DNA of 64,000 nucleotides from Auanema rhodensis (taxonomy: Eukaryota; Animalia; Nematoda): the NCBI GenBank assembly GCA_964057225.1, contig CAXKVF010000092.1, forward strand, positions 1-64,000. The letters run 5' to 3'. Below are positions 44,101 through 58,300 of this stretch, piece by piece. A model generated the notes under the pieces. The model ran no database searches, had not been told where the DNA came from, and was given only the letters and a program-made list of their open reading frames with translations. How positions within the stretch are numbered: the first letter of the stretch is position 1; the number at the start of each line of letters is the position of its first letter. A program made the translations under genes and the position numbers.

Positions 44101-47100
44101 CGCTTCACGTGAAAGATAAAGAGATGCGGTTTTCAAAATTAGATTCCCCATGTCCATATTAGTCTAAAAACAAATTTTTTTGATATTGGTTCATGGTAAC
44201 CATGACTTTGAAATTTACGTGAACTTTAATTTATGCTAATTAAATGTACACGTGATGTGCACTTGGTATGTAACTCGCTTCACGTGAAAGATAAAGAGAT
44301 GCGGTTTTCAAAATTAGATTCCCCATGTCCATATTAGTCTAAAAACAAATTTTTATTGATATTGGTGCATGGTAACCATGACTTTGAAATTTACGTGAAC
44401 TTTAATTTATGCTAATTAAATGTACACGTGATGTGCACTTGGTATGTAACTCGCTTCACGTGAAAGATAAAGAGATGCGGTTTTCAAAATTAGATTCCTC
44501 ATGTCCATATTAGTCTAAAAACAAATTTTTATTGATATTGGTGCATGGTAACCATGACTTTGAATTTTACGTGAACTTTAATTTATGCTAATTAAATGTA
44601 CACGTGATGTGCACTTGGTATGTAACTCGCTTCACGTGAAAGATAAAGAGATGCGGTTTTCAATATTAGATTCCCCATGTCCATATTAGTCTAAAAACAA
44701 ATTTTTATTGATATTGGTTCATGGTAACCATGACTTTGAAATTTACGTGAACTTTAATTTATGCTAATAAAATGTACACGTGATGTGCACTTGGTATGTA
44801 ACTCGCTTCACGTGAAAGATAAAGAGATGCGGTTTTCAAAATTAGATTCCCCATGTCCATATTAGTCTAAAAACAAATTTTTATTGATATTGGTGCATGG
44901 TAACCATGACTTTGAAATTTACGTGAACTTTAATTTATGCTAATTAAATGTACACGTGATGTGCACTTGGTATGTAACTCGCTTCACGTGAAAGATAAAG
45001 AGATGCGGTTTTCAAAATTAGATTCCCCATGTCCATATTAGTCTAAAAACAAATTTTTATTGATATTGGTTCATGGTAACCATGACTTTGAAATTCACGT
45101 GAACTTTAATTTATGCTAATTAAATGTACACGTGATGTGCACTTGGTATGTAACTCGCTTCACGTGAAAGATAAAGAGATGCGGTTTTCAAAATTAGATT
45201 CCCCATGTCCATATTAGTCTAAAAACAAATTTTTATTGATATTGGTGCATGGTAACCATGACTTTGAAATTTACGTGAACTTTAATTTATGCTAATTAAA
45301 TGTACACGTGATGTGCACTTGGTATGTACCTCGCTTCACGTGAAAGATGAAGAGATGCGGTTTTCAAAATTAGATTCCCCATGTCCATATTAGTCTAAAA
45401 ACAAATTTTGATTGATATTGGTGCATGGTAACCATGACTTTGAATTTTACGTGAACTTTAATTTATGCTAATTAAATGTACACGTGATGTGCACTTGGTA
45501 TGTAACTCGCTTCACGTGAAAGATAAAGAGATGCGGTTTTCAATATTAGATTCCCCATGTCCATATTAGTCTAAAAACAAATTTTTATTGATATTGGTTC
45601 ATGGTAACCATGACTTTGAAATTTACGTGAACTTTAATTTATGCTAATTAAATGTACACGTGATGTGCACTTGGTATGTAACTCGCTTCACGTGAAAGAT
45701 AAAGAGATGCGGTTTTCAAAATTAGATTCCCCATGTCCATATTAGTCTAAAAACAAATTTTTATTGATATTGGTGCATGGTAACCATGACTTTGAAATTT
45801 ACGTGAACTTTAATTTATGCTAATTAAATGTACACGTGATGTGCACTTGGTATGTAACTCGCTTCACGTGAAAGATAAAGAGATGCGGTTTTCAAAATTA
45901 GATTCCCCATGTCCATATTAGTCTAAAAACAAATTTTTATTGATATTGGTGCATGGTAACCATGACTTTGAAATTTACGTGAACTTTAATTTATGCTAAT
46001 TAAATGTACACGTGATGTGCACTTGGTATGTACCTCGCTTCACGTGAAAGATGAAGAGATGCGGTTTTCAAAATTAGATTCCCCATGTCCATATTAGTCT
46101 AAAAACAAATTTTGATTGATATTGGTGCATGGTAACCATGACTTTGAATTTTACGTGAACTTTAATTTATGCTAATTAAATGTACACGTGATGTGCACTT
46201 GGTATGTAACTCGCTTCACGTGAAAGATAAAGAGATGCGGTTTTCAAAATTAGATTCCCCATGTCCATATTAGTCTAAAAACAAATTTTTATTGATATTG
46301 GTGCATGGTAACCATGACTTTGAAATTTACGTGAACTTTAATTTATGCTAATTAAATGTACACGTGATGTGCACTTGGTATGTAACTCGCTTCACGTGAA
46401 AGATAAAGAGATGCGGTTTTCAAAATTAGATTCCCCATGTCCATATTAGTCTAAAAACAAATTTTGATTGATATTGGTGCATGGTAACCATGACTTTGAA
46501 TTTTACGTGAACTTTATGTTATGCTAATTAAATGTACACGTGATGTGCACTTGGTATGTAACTCGCTTCACGTGAAAGATAAAGAGATGCGGTTTTCAAT
46601 ATTAGATTCCCCATGTCCATATTAGTCTAAAAACAAATTTTTATTGATATTGGTTCATGGTAACCATGACTTTGAAATTTACGTGAACTTTAATTTATGC
46701 TAATTAAATGTACACGTGATGTGCACTTGGTATGTAACTCGCTTCACGTGAAAGATAAAGAGATGCGGTTTTCAAAATTAGATTCCCCATGTCCATATTA
46801 GTCTAAAAACAAATTTTTATTGATATTGGTGCATGGTAACCATGACTTTGAAATTTACGTGAACTTTAATTTATGCTAATTAAATGTACACGTGATGTGC
46901 ACTTGGTATGTAACTCGCTTCACGTGAAAGATAAAGAGATGCGGTTTTCAAAATTAGATTCCCCATGTCCATATTAGTCTAAAAACAAATTTTTATTGAT
47001 ATTGGTGCATGGTAACCATGACTTTGAATTTTACGTGAACTTTAATTTATGCTAATTAAATGTACACGTGATGTGCACTTGGTATGTAACTCGCTTCACG

Positions 47101-47965
47101 TGAAAGATAAAGAGATGCGGTTTTCAAAATTAGATTCCCCATGTCCATATTAGTCTAAAAACAAATTTTTATTGATATTGGTGCATGGTAACCATGACTT
47201 TGAAATTTACGTGAACTTTAATTTATGCTAATTAAATGTACACGTGATGTGCACTTGGTATGTAACTCGCTTCACGTGAAAGATAAAGAGATGCGGTTTT
47301 CAAAATTAGATTCCCCATGTCCATATTAGTCTAAAAACAAATTTTTTTGATATTGGTTCATGGTAACCATGACTTTGAAATTTACGTGAACTTTAATTTA
47401 TGCTAATTAAATGTACACGTGATGTGCACTTGGTATGTAACTCGCTTCACGTGAAAGATAAAGAGATGCGGTTTTCAAAATTAGATTCCCCATGTCCATA
47501 TTAGTCTAAAAACAAATTTTTATTGATATTGGTGCATGGTAACCATGACTTTGAAATTTACGTGAACTTTAATTTATGCTAATTAAATGTACACGTGATG
47601 TGCACTTGGTATGTAACTCGCTTCACGTGAAAGATAAAGAGATGCGGTTTTCAAAATTAGATTCCTCATGTCCATATTAGTCTAAAAACAAATTTTTATT
47701 GATATTGGTGCATGGTAACCATGACTTTGAATTTTACGTGAACTTTAATTTATGCTAATTAAATGTACACGTGATGTGCACTTGGTATGTAACTCGCTTC
47801 ACGTGAAAGATAAAGAGATGCGGTTTTCAAAATTAGATTCCTCATGTCCATATTAGTCTAAAAACAAATTTTTATTGATATTGGTGCATGGTAACCATGA
47901 CTTTGAATTTTACGTGAACTTTAATTTATGCTAATTAAATGTACACGTGATGTGCACTTGGTATG

Positions 47966-50900
47966 TAACTCGCTTCACGTGAAAGATAAAGAGATGCGGT
48001 TTTCAAAATTAGATTCCCCATGTCCATATTAGTCTAAAAACAAATTTTTATTGATATTGGTGCATGGTAACCATGACTTTGAAATTTACGTGAACTTTAA
48101 TTTATGCTAATTAAATGTACACGTGATGTGCACTTGGTATGTAACTCGCTTCACGTGAAAGATAAAGAGATGCGGTTTTCAAAATTAGATTCCTCATGTC
48201 CATATTAGTCTAAAAACAAATTTTTATTGATATTGGTGCATGGTAACCATGACTTTGAATTTTACGTGAACTTTAATTTATGCTAATTAAATGTACACGT
48301 GATGTGCACTTGGTATGTAACTCGCTTCACGTGAAAGATAAAGAGATGCGGTTTTCAAAATTAGATTCCCCATGTCCATATTAGTCTAAAAACAAATTTT
48401 TATTGATATTGGTGCATGGTAACCATGACTTTGAAATTTACGTGAACTTTAATTTATGCTAATTAAATGTACACGTGATGTGCACTTGGTATGTAACTCG
48501 CTTCACGTGAAAGATAAAGAGATGCGGTTTTCAATATTAGATTCCCCATGTCCATATTAGTCTAAAAACAAATTTTTATTGATATTGGTTCATGGTAACC
48601 ATGACTTTGAAATTTACGTGAACTTTAATTTATGCTAATTAAATGTACACGTGATGTGCACTTGGTATGTAACTCGCTTCACGTGAAAGATAAAGAGATG
48701 CGGTTTTCAAAATTAGATTCCCCATGTCCATATTAGTCTAAAAACAAATTTTTATTGATATTGGTGCATGGTAACCATGACTTTGAAATTTACGTGAACT
48801 TTAATTTATGCTAATTAAATGTACACGTGATGTGCACTTGGTATGTAACTCGCTTCACGTGAAAGATAAAGAGATGCGGTTTTCAAAATTAGATTCCCCA
48901 TGTCCATATTAGTCTAAAAACAAATTTTTATTGATATTGGTTCATGGTAACCATGACTTTGAAATTCACGTGAACTTTAATTTATGCTAATTAAATGTAC
49001 ACGTGATGTGCACTTGGTATGTAACTCGCTTCACGTGAAAGATAAAGAGATGCGGTTTTCAAAATTAGATTCCCCATGTCCATATTAGTCTAAAAACAAA
49101 TTTTTATTGATATTGGTGCATGGTAACCATGACTTTGAAATTTACGTGAACTTTAATTTATGCTAATTAAATGTACACGTGATGTGCACTTGGTATGTAC
49201 CTCGCTTCACGTGAAAGATGAAGAGATGCGGTTTTCAAAATTAGATTCCCCATGTCCATATTAGTCTAAAAACAAATTTTGATTGATATTGGTGCATGGT
49301 AACCATGACTTTGAATTTTACGTGAACTTTAATTTATGCTAATTAAATGTACACGTGATGTGCACTTGGTATGTAACTCGCTTCACGTGAAAGATAAAGA
49401 GATGCGGTTTTCAATATTAGATTCCCCATGTCCATATTAGTCTAAAAACAAATTTTTATTGATATTGGTTCATGGTAACCATGACTTTGAAATTTACGTG
49501 AACTTTAATTTATGCTAATTAAATGTACACGTGATGTGCACTTGGTATGTAACTCGCTTCACGTGAAAGATAAAGAGATACGGTTTTCAAAATTAGATTC
49601 CCCATGTCCATATTAGTCTAAAAACAAATTTTTATTGATATTGGTGCATGGTAACCATGACTTTGAAATTTACGTGAACTTTAATTTATGCTAATTAAAT
49701 GTACACGTGATGTGCACTTGGTATGTAACTCGCTTCACGTGAAAGATAAAGAGATGCGGTTTTCAAAATTAGATTCCCCATGTCCATATTAGTCTAAAAA
49801 CAAATTTTTATTGATATTGGTGCATGGTAACCATGACTTTGAAATTTACGTGAACTTTAATTTATGCTAATTAAATGTACACGTGATGTGCACTTGGTAT
49901 GTACCTCGCTTCACGTGAAAGATGAAGAGATGCGGTTTTCAAAATTAGATTCCCCATGTCCATATTAGTCTAAAAACAAATTTTGATTGATATTGGTGCA
50001 TGGTAACCATGACTTTGAATTTTACGTGAACTTTAATTTATGCTAATTAAATGTACACGTGATGTGCACTTGGTATGTAACTCGCTTCACGTGAAAGATA
50101 AAGAGATGCGGTTTTCAATATTAGATTCCCCATGTCCATATTAGTCTAAAAACAAATTTTTATTGATATTGGTTCATGGTAACCATGACTTTGAAATTTA
50201 CGTGAACTTTAATTTATGCTAATTAAATGTACACGTGATGTGCACTTGGTATGTAACTCGCTTCACGTGAAAGATAAAGAGATGCGGTTTTCAAAATTAG
50301 ATTCCCCATGTCCATATTAGTCTAAAAACAAATTTTTATTGATATTGGTGCATGGTAACCATGACTTTGAAATTTACGTGAACTTTAATTTATGCTAATT
50401 AAATGTACACGTGATGTGCACTTGGTATGTAACTCGCTTCACGTGAAAGATAAAGAGATGCGGTTTTCAAAATTAGATTCCCCATGTCCATATTAGTCTA
50501 AAAACAAATTTTTATTGATATTGGTGCATGGTAACCATGACTTTGAAATTTACGTGAACTTTAATTTATGCTAATTAAATGTACACGTGATGTGCACTTG
50601 GTATGTAACTCGCTTCACGTGAAAGATAAAGAGATGCGGTTTTCAAAATTAGATTCCTCATGTCCATATTAGTCTAAAAACAAATTTTTATTGATATTGG
50701 TGCATGGTAACCATGACTTTGAATTTTACGTGAACTTTAATTTATGCTAATTAAATGTACACGTGATGTGCACTTGGTATGTAACTCGCTTCACGTGAAA
50801 GATAAAGAGATGCGGTTTTCAAAATTAGATTCCCCATGTCCATATTAGTCTAAAAACAAATTTTTATTGATATTGGTGCATGGTAACCATGACTTTGAAA

Positions 50901-52717
50901 TTTACGTGAACTTTAATTTATGCTAATTAAATGTACACGTGATGTGCACTTGGTATGTAACTCGCTTCACGTGAAAGATAAAGAGATGCGGTTTTCAATA
51001 TTAGATTCCCCATGTCCATATTAGTCTAAAAACAAATTTTTATTGATATTGGTTCATGGTAACCATGACTTTGAAATTTACGTGAACTTTAATTTATGCT
51101 AATTAAATGTACACGTGATGTGCACTTGGTATGTAACTCGCTTCACGTGAAAGATAAAGAGATGCGGTTTTCAAAATTAGATTCCCCATGTCCATATTAG
51201 TCTAAAAACAAATTTTTATTGATATTGGTGCATGGTAACCATGACTTTGAAATTTACGTGAACTTTAATTTATGCTAATTAAATGTACACGTGATGTGCA
51301 CTTGGTATGTAACTCGCTTCACGTGAAAGATAAAGAGATGCGGTTTTCAAAATTAGATTCCCCATGTCCATATTAGTCTAAAAACAAATTTTTATTGATA
51401 TTGGTTCATGGTAACCATGACTTTGAAATTCACGTGAACTTTAATTTATGCTAATTAAATGTACACGTGATGTGCACTTGGTATGTAACTCGCTTCACGT
51501 GAAAGATAAAGAGATGCGGTTTTCAAAATTAGATTCCCCATGTCCATATTAGTCTAAAAACAAATTTTTATTGATATTGGTGCATGGTAACCATGACTTT
51601 GAAATTTACGTGAACTTTAATTTATGCTAATTAAATGTACACGTGATGTGCACTTGGTATGTACCTCGCTTCACGTGAAAGATAAAGAGATGCGGTTTTC
51701 AAAATTAGATTCCCCATGTCCATATTAGTCTAAAAACAAATTTTGATTGATATTGGTGCATGGTAACCATGACTTTGAATTTTACGTGAACTTTAATTTA
51801 TGCTAATTAAATGTACACGTGATGTGCACTTGGTATGTAACTCGCTTCACGTGAAAGATAAAGAGATGCGGTTTTCAATATTAGATTCCCCATGTCCATA
51901 TTAGTCTAAAAACAAATTTTTATTGATATTGGTTCATGGTAACCATGACTTTGAAATTTACGTGAACTTTAATTTATGCTAATTAAATGTACACGTGATG
52001 TGCACTTGGTATGTAACTCGCTTCACGTGAAAGATAAAGAGATACGGTTTTCAAAATTAGATTCCCCATGTCCATATTAGTCTAAAAACAAATTTTTATT
52101 GATATTGGTGCATGGTAACCATGACTTTGAAATTTACGTGAACTTTAATTTATGCTAATTAAATGTACACGTGATGTGCACTTGGTATGTAACTCGCTTC
52201 ACGTGAAAGATAAAGAGATGCGGTTTTCAAAATTAGATTCCCCATGTCCATATTAGTCTAAAAACAAATTTTTATTGATATTGGTGCATGGTAACCATGA
52301 CTTTGAAATTTACGTGAACTTTAATTTATGCTAATTAAATGTACACGTGATGTGCACTTGGTATGTACCTCGCTTCACGTGAAAGATGAAGAGATGCGGT
52401 TTTCAAAATTAGATTCCCCATGTCCATATTAGTCTAAAAACAAATTTTGATTGATATTGGTGCATGGTAACCATGACTTTGAATTTTACGTGAACTTTAA
52501 TTTATGCTAATTAAATGTACACGTGATGTGCACTTGGTATGTAACTCGCTTCACGTGAAAGATAAAGAGATGCGGTTTTCAATATTAGATTCCCCATGTC
52601 CATATTAGTCTAAAAACAAATTTTTATTGATATTGGTGCATGGTAACCATGACTTTGAAATTTACGTGAACTTTAATTTATGCTAATTAAATGTACACGT
52701 GATGTGCACTTGGTATG
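47966..52717. repeat. 14-monomer (2464-bp) tandem duplication
   Basis: G31A at 49580/52044, T122C at 48967/51431, and A3C monomers at 49198/51662 and 49902/52366; all offsets are 2464 bp. Confidence 0.85.
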
Positions 52718-53939
52718 TAACTCGCTTCACGTGAAAGATAAAGAGATGCGGTTTTCAAAATTAGATTCCCCATGTCCATATTAGTCTAAAAACAAATTTT
52801 TATTGATATTGGTGCATGGTAACCATGACTTTGAAATTTACGTGAACTTTAATTTATGCTAATTAAATGTATACGTGATGTGCACTTGGTATGTAACTCG
52901 CTTCACGTGAAAGATAAAAAGATGCGGTTTTCAAAATTAGATTCCCCATGTCCATATTAGTCTAAAAACAAATTTTTATTGATATTGGTTCATGGTAACC
53001 ATGACTTTGAAATTTACGTGAACTTTAATTTATGCTAATTAAATGTATACGTGATGTGCACTTGGTATGTAACTCGCTTCACGTGAAAGATAAAGAGATG
53101 CGGTTTTCAAAATTAGATTTCCCATGTCCATATTAGTCTAAAAACAAATTTTTATTGATATTGGTTCATGGTAACCATGACTTTGAAATTTACGTGAACT
53201 TTAATTTATGCTAATTAAATGTACACGTGATGTGCACTTGGTATGTAACTCGCTTCACGTGAAAGATAAAGAGATGCGGTTTTCAAAATTAGATTCCCCA
53301 TGTCCATATTAGTCTAAAAACAAATTTTTATTGATATTGGTGCATGGTAACCATGACTTTGAAATTTACGTGAACTTTAATTTATGCTAATTAAATGTAC
53401 ACGTGATGTGCACTTGGTATGTAACTCGCTTCACGTGAAAGATAAAGAGATGCGGTTTTCAAAATTAGATTCCTCATGTCCATATTAGTCTAAAAACAAA
53501 TTTTTATTGATATTGGTGCATGGTAACCATGACTTTGAAATTTACGTGAACTTTAATTTATGCTAATTAAATGTACACGTGATGTGCACTTGGTATGTAA
53601 CTCGCTTCACGTGAAAGATAAAGAGATGCGGTTTTCAAAATTAGATTCCCCATGTCCATATTAGTCTAAAAACAAATTTTTATTGATATTGGTTCATGGT
53701 AACCATGACTTTGAAATTTACGTGAACTTTAATTAATGCTAATTAAATGTACACGTGATGTGCACTTGGTATGTAACTCGCTTCACGTGAAAGATAAAGA
53801 GATGCGGTTTTCAAAATTAGATTCCCCATGTCCATATTAGTCTAAAAACAAATTTTTATTGATATTGCTTCATGGTAACCATGACTTTGAAATTTACGTG
53901 AACTTTAATTTATGCTAATTAAATGTACACGTGATGTGC

Positions 53940-55325
53940 ACTTGGCATGTAACTCGCTTCACGTGAAAGATAAAGAGATGCGGTTTTCAAAATTAGATTC
54001 CCCATGTCCATATTAGTCTAAAAACAAATTTTTATTAATATTGGTGCATGGTAACCATGACTTTGAATTTTACGTGAACTTTAATTTATGCTAATTAAAT
54101 GTACACGTGATGTGCACTTGGTATGTAACTCGCTTCACGTGAAAGATAAAGAGATGCGGTTTTCAATATTAGATTCCCCATGTCCATATTAGTCTAAAAA
54201 CAAATTTTTATTGATATTGGTTCATGGTAACCATGACTTTGAAATTTACGTGAACTTTAATTTATGCCAATTAAATGTACACGTGATGTGCACTTGGTAT
54301 GTAACTCGCTTCACGTGAAAGATAAAGAGATGCGGTTTTCAAAATTAGATTCCCCATGTCCATATTAGTCTAAAAACAAATTTTTATTGATATTGGTGCA
54401 TGGTAACCATGACTTTGAAATTTACGTGAACTTTAATTTATGCTAATTAAATGTACACGTGATGTGCACTTGGTATGTAACTCGCTTCACGTGAAAGATA
54501 AAGAGATGCGGTTTTCAAAATTAGATTCCCCATGTCCATATTAGTCTAAAAACAAATTTTTTTGATATTGGTTCATGGTAACCATGACTTTGAAATTTAC
54601 GTGAACTTTAATTTATGCTAATTAAATGTACACGTGATGTGCACTTGGCATGTAACTCGCTTCACGTGAAAGATAAAGAGATGCGGTTTTCAAAATTAGA
54701 TTCCCCATGTCCATATTAGTCTAAAAACAAATTTTTATTAATATTGGTGCATGGTAACCATGACTTTGAATTTTACGTGAACTTTAATTTATGCTAATTA
54801 AATGTACACGTGATGTGCACTTGGTATGTAACTCGCTTCACGTGAAAGATAAAGAGATGCGGTTTTCAATATTAGATTCCCCATGTCCATATTAGTCTAA
54901 AAACAAATTTTTATTGATATTGGTTCATGGTAACCATGACTTTGAAATTTACGTGAACTTTAATTTATGCCAATTAAATGTACACGTGATGTGCACTTGG
55001 TATGTAACTCGCTTCACGTGAAAGATAAAGAGATGCGGTTTTCAAAATTAGATTCCCCATGTCCATATTAGTCTAAAAACAAATTTTTATTGATATTGGT
55101 GCATGGTAACCATGACTTTGAAATTTACGTGAACTTTAATTTATGCTAATTAAATGTACACGTGATGTGCACTTGGTATGTAACTCGCTTCACGTGAAAG
55201 ATAAAGAGATGCGGTTTTCAAAATTAGATTCCCCATGTCCATATTAGTCTAAAAACAAATTTTTTTGATATTGGTTCATGGTAACCATGACTTTGAAATT
55301 TACGTGAACTTTAATTTATGCTAAT
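53940..55325. repeat. 4-monomer tandem duplication (703 bp, including one 175-bp monomer)
   Basis: T173C at 53946/54649, with G88A, A119T, A42T, T143C and delA85 repeated in the same order. Confidence 0.85.
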
Positions 55326-58300
55326 TAAATGTACACGTGATGTGCACTTGGTATGTAACTCGCTTCACGTGAAAGATAAAGAGATGCGGTTTTCAAAATT
55401 AGATTCCCCATGTCCATATTAGTCTAAAAACAAATTTTTATTGATATTGGTGCATGGTAACCATGACTTTGAAATTTACGTGAACTTTAATTTATGCTAA
55501 TTAAATGTACACGTGATGTGCACTTGGTATGTAACTCGCTTCACGTGAAAGATAAAGAGATGCGGTTTTCAAAATTAGATTCCTCATGTCCATATTAGTC
55601 TAAAAACAAATTTTTATTGATATTGGTGCATGGTAACCATGACTTTGAATTTTACGTGAACTTTAATTTATGCTAATTAAATGTACACGTGATGTGCACT
55701 TGGTATGTAACTCGCTTCACGTGAAAGATAAAGAGATGCGGTTTTCAATATTAGATTCCCCATGTCCATATTAGTCTAAAAACAAATTTTTATTGATATT
55801 GGTTCATGGTAACCATGACTTTGAAATTTACGTGAACTTTAATTTATGCTAATTAAATGTACACGTGATGTGCACTTGGTATGTAACTCGCTTCACGTGA
55901 AAGATAAAGAGATGCGGTTTTCAAAATTAGATTCCCCATGTCCATATTAGTCTAAAAACAAATTTTTATTGATATTGGTGCATGGTAACCATGACTTTGA
56001 AATTTACGTGAACTTTAATTTATGCTAATTAAATGTACACGTGATGTGCACTTGGTATGTAACTCGCTTCACGTGAAAGATAAAGAGATGCGGTTTTCAA
56101 AATTAGATTCCCCATGTCCATATTAGTCTAAAAACAAATTTTTATTGATATTGGTTCATGGTAACCATGACTTTGAAATTCACGTGAACTTTAATTTATG
56201 CTAATTAAATGTACACGTGATGTGCACTTGGTATGTAACTCGCTTCACGTGAAAGATAAAGAGATGCGGTTTTCAAAATTAGATTCCCCATGTCCATATT
56301 AGTCTAAAAACAAATTTTTATTGATATTGGTGCATGGTAACCATGACTTTGAAATTTACGTGAACTTTAATTTATGCTAATTAAATGTACACGTGATGTG
56401 CACTTGGTATGTAACTCGCTTCACGTGAAAGATAAAGAGATGCGGTTTTCAAAATTAGATTCCTCATGTCCATATTAGTCTAAAAACAAATTTTTATTGA
56501 TATTGGTGCATGGTAACCATGACTTTGAATTTTACGTGAACTTTAATTTATGCTAATTAAATGTACACGTGATGTGCACTTGGTATGTAACTCGCTTCAC
56601 GTGAAAGATAAAGAGATGCGGTTTTCAATATTAGATTCCCCATGTCCATATTAGTCTAAAAACAAATTTTTATTGATATTGGTTCATGGTAACCATGACT
56701 TTGAAATTTACGTGAACTTTAATTTATGCTAATTAAATGTACACGTGATGTGCACTTGGTATGTAACTCGCTTCACGTGAAAGATAAAGAGATGCGGTTT
56801 CCAAAATTAGATTCCTCATGTCCATATTAGTCTAAAAACAAATTTTTATTGATATTGGTGCATGGTAACCATGACTTTGAATTTTACGTGAACTTTAATT
56901 TATGCTAATTAAATGTACACGTGATGTGCACTTGGTATGTAACTCGCTTCACGTGAAAGATAAAGAGATGCGGTTTTCAATATTAGATTCCCCATGTCCA
57001 TATTAGTCTAAAAACAAATTTTTATTGATATTGGTTCATGGTAACCATGACTTTGAAATTTACGTGAACTTTAATTTATGCTAATTAAATGTACACGTGA
57101 TGTGCACTTGGTATGTAACTCGCTTCACGTGAAAGATAAAAAGAGATGCGGTTTTCAAAATTAGATTCCCCATGTCCATATTAGTCTAAAAACAAATTTT
57201 TATTGATATTGGTGCATGGTAACCATGACTTTGAAATTTACGTGAACTTTAATTTATGCTAATTAAATGTACACGTGATGTGCACTTGGTATGTAACTCG
57301 CTTCACGTGAAAGATAAAGAGATGCGGTTTTCAAAATTAGATTCCCCATGTCCATATTAGTCTAAAAACAAATTTTTATTGATATTGGTTCATGGTAACC
57401 ATGACTTTGAAATTCACGTGAACTTTAATTTATGCTAATTAAATGTACACGTGATGTGCACTTGGTATGTAACTCGCTTCACGTGAAAGATAAAGAGATG
57501 CGGTTTTCAAAATTAGATTCCCCATGTCCATATTAGTCTAAAAACAAATTTTTATTGATATTGGTGCATGGTAACCATGACTTTGAAATTTACGTGAACT
57601 TTAATTTATGCTAATTAAATGTACACGTGATGTGCACTTGGTATGTAACTCGCTTCACGTGAAAGATAAAGAGATGCGGTTTTCAAAATTAGATTCCTCA
57701 TGTCCATATTAGTCTAAAAACAAATTTTTATTGATATTGGTGCATGGTAACCATGACTTTGAATTTTACGTGAACTTTAATTTATGCTAATTAAATGTAC
57801 ACGTGATGTGCACTTGGTATGTAACTCGCTTCACGTGAAAGATAAAGAGATGCGGTTTTCAATATTAGATTCCCCATGTCCATATTAGTCTAAAAACAAA
57901 TTTTTATTGATATTGGTTCATGGTAACCATGACTTTGAAATTTACGTGAACTTTAATTTATGCTAATTAAATGTACACGTGATGTGCACTTGGTATGTAA
58001 CTCGCTTCACGTGAAAGATAAAGAGATGCGGTTTTCAAAATTAGATTCCCCATGTCCATATTAGTCTAAAAACAAATTTTTATTGATATTGGTGCATGGT
58101 AACCATGACTTTGAAATTTACGTGAACTTTAATTTATGCTAATTAAATGTACACGTGATGTGCACTTGGTATGTAACTCGCTTCGCGTGAAAGATAAAGA
58201 GATGCGGTTTTCAAAATTAGATTCCCCATGTCCATATTAGTCTAAAAACAAATTTTTATTGATATTGGTTCATGGTAACCATGACTTTGAAATTCACGTG

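Noticed and set aside
46515-46520. Adjacent double substitution AT to TG
   Set aside because: It is a singleton with no further pattern and cannot be told apart from a consensus error.
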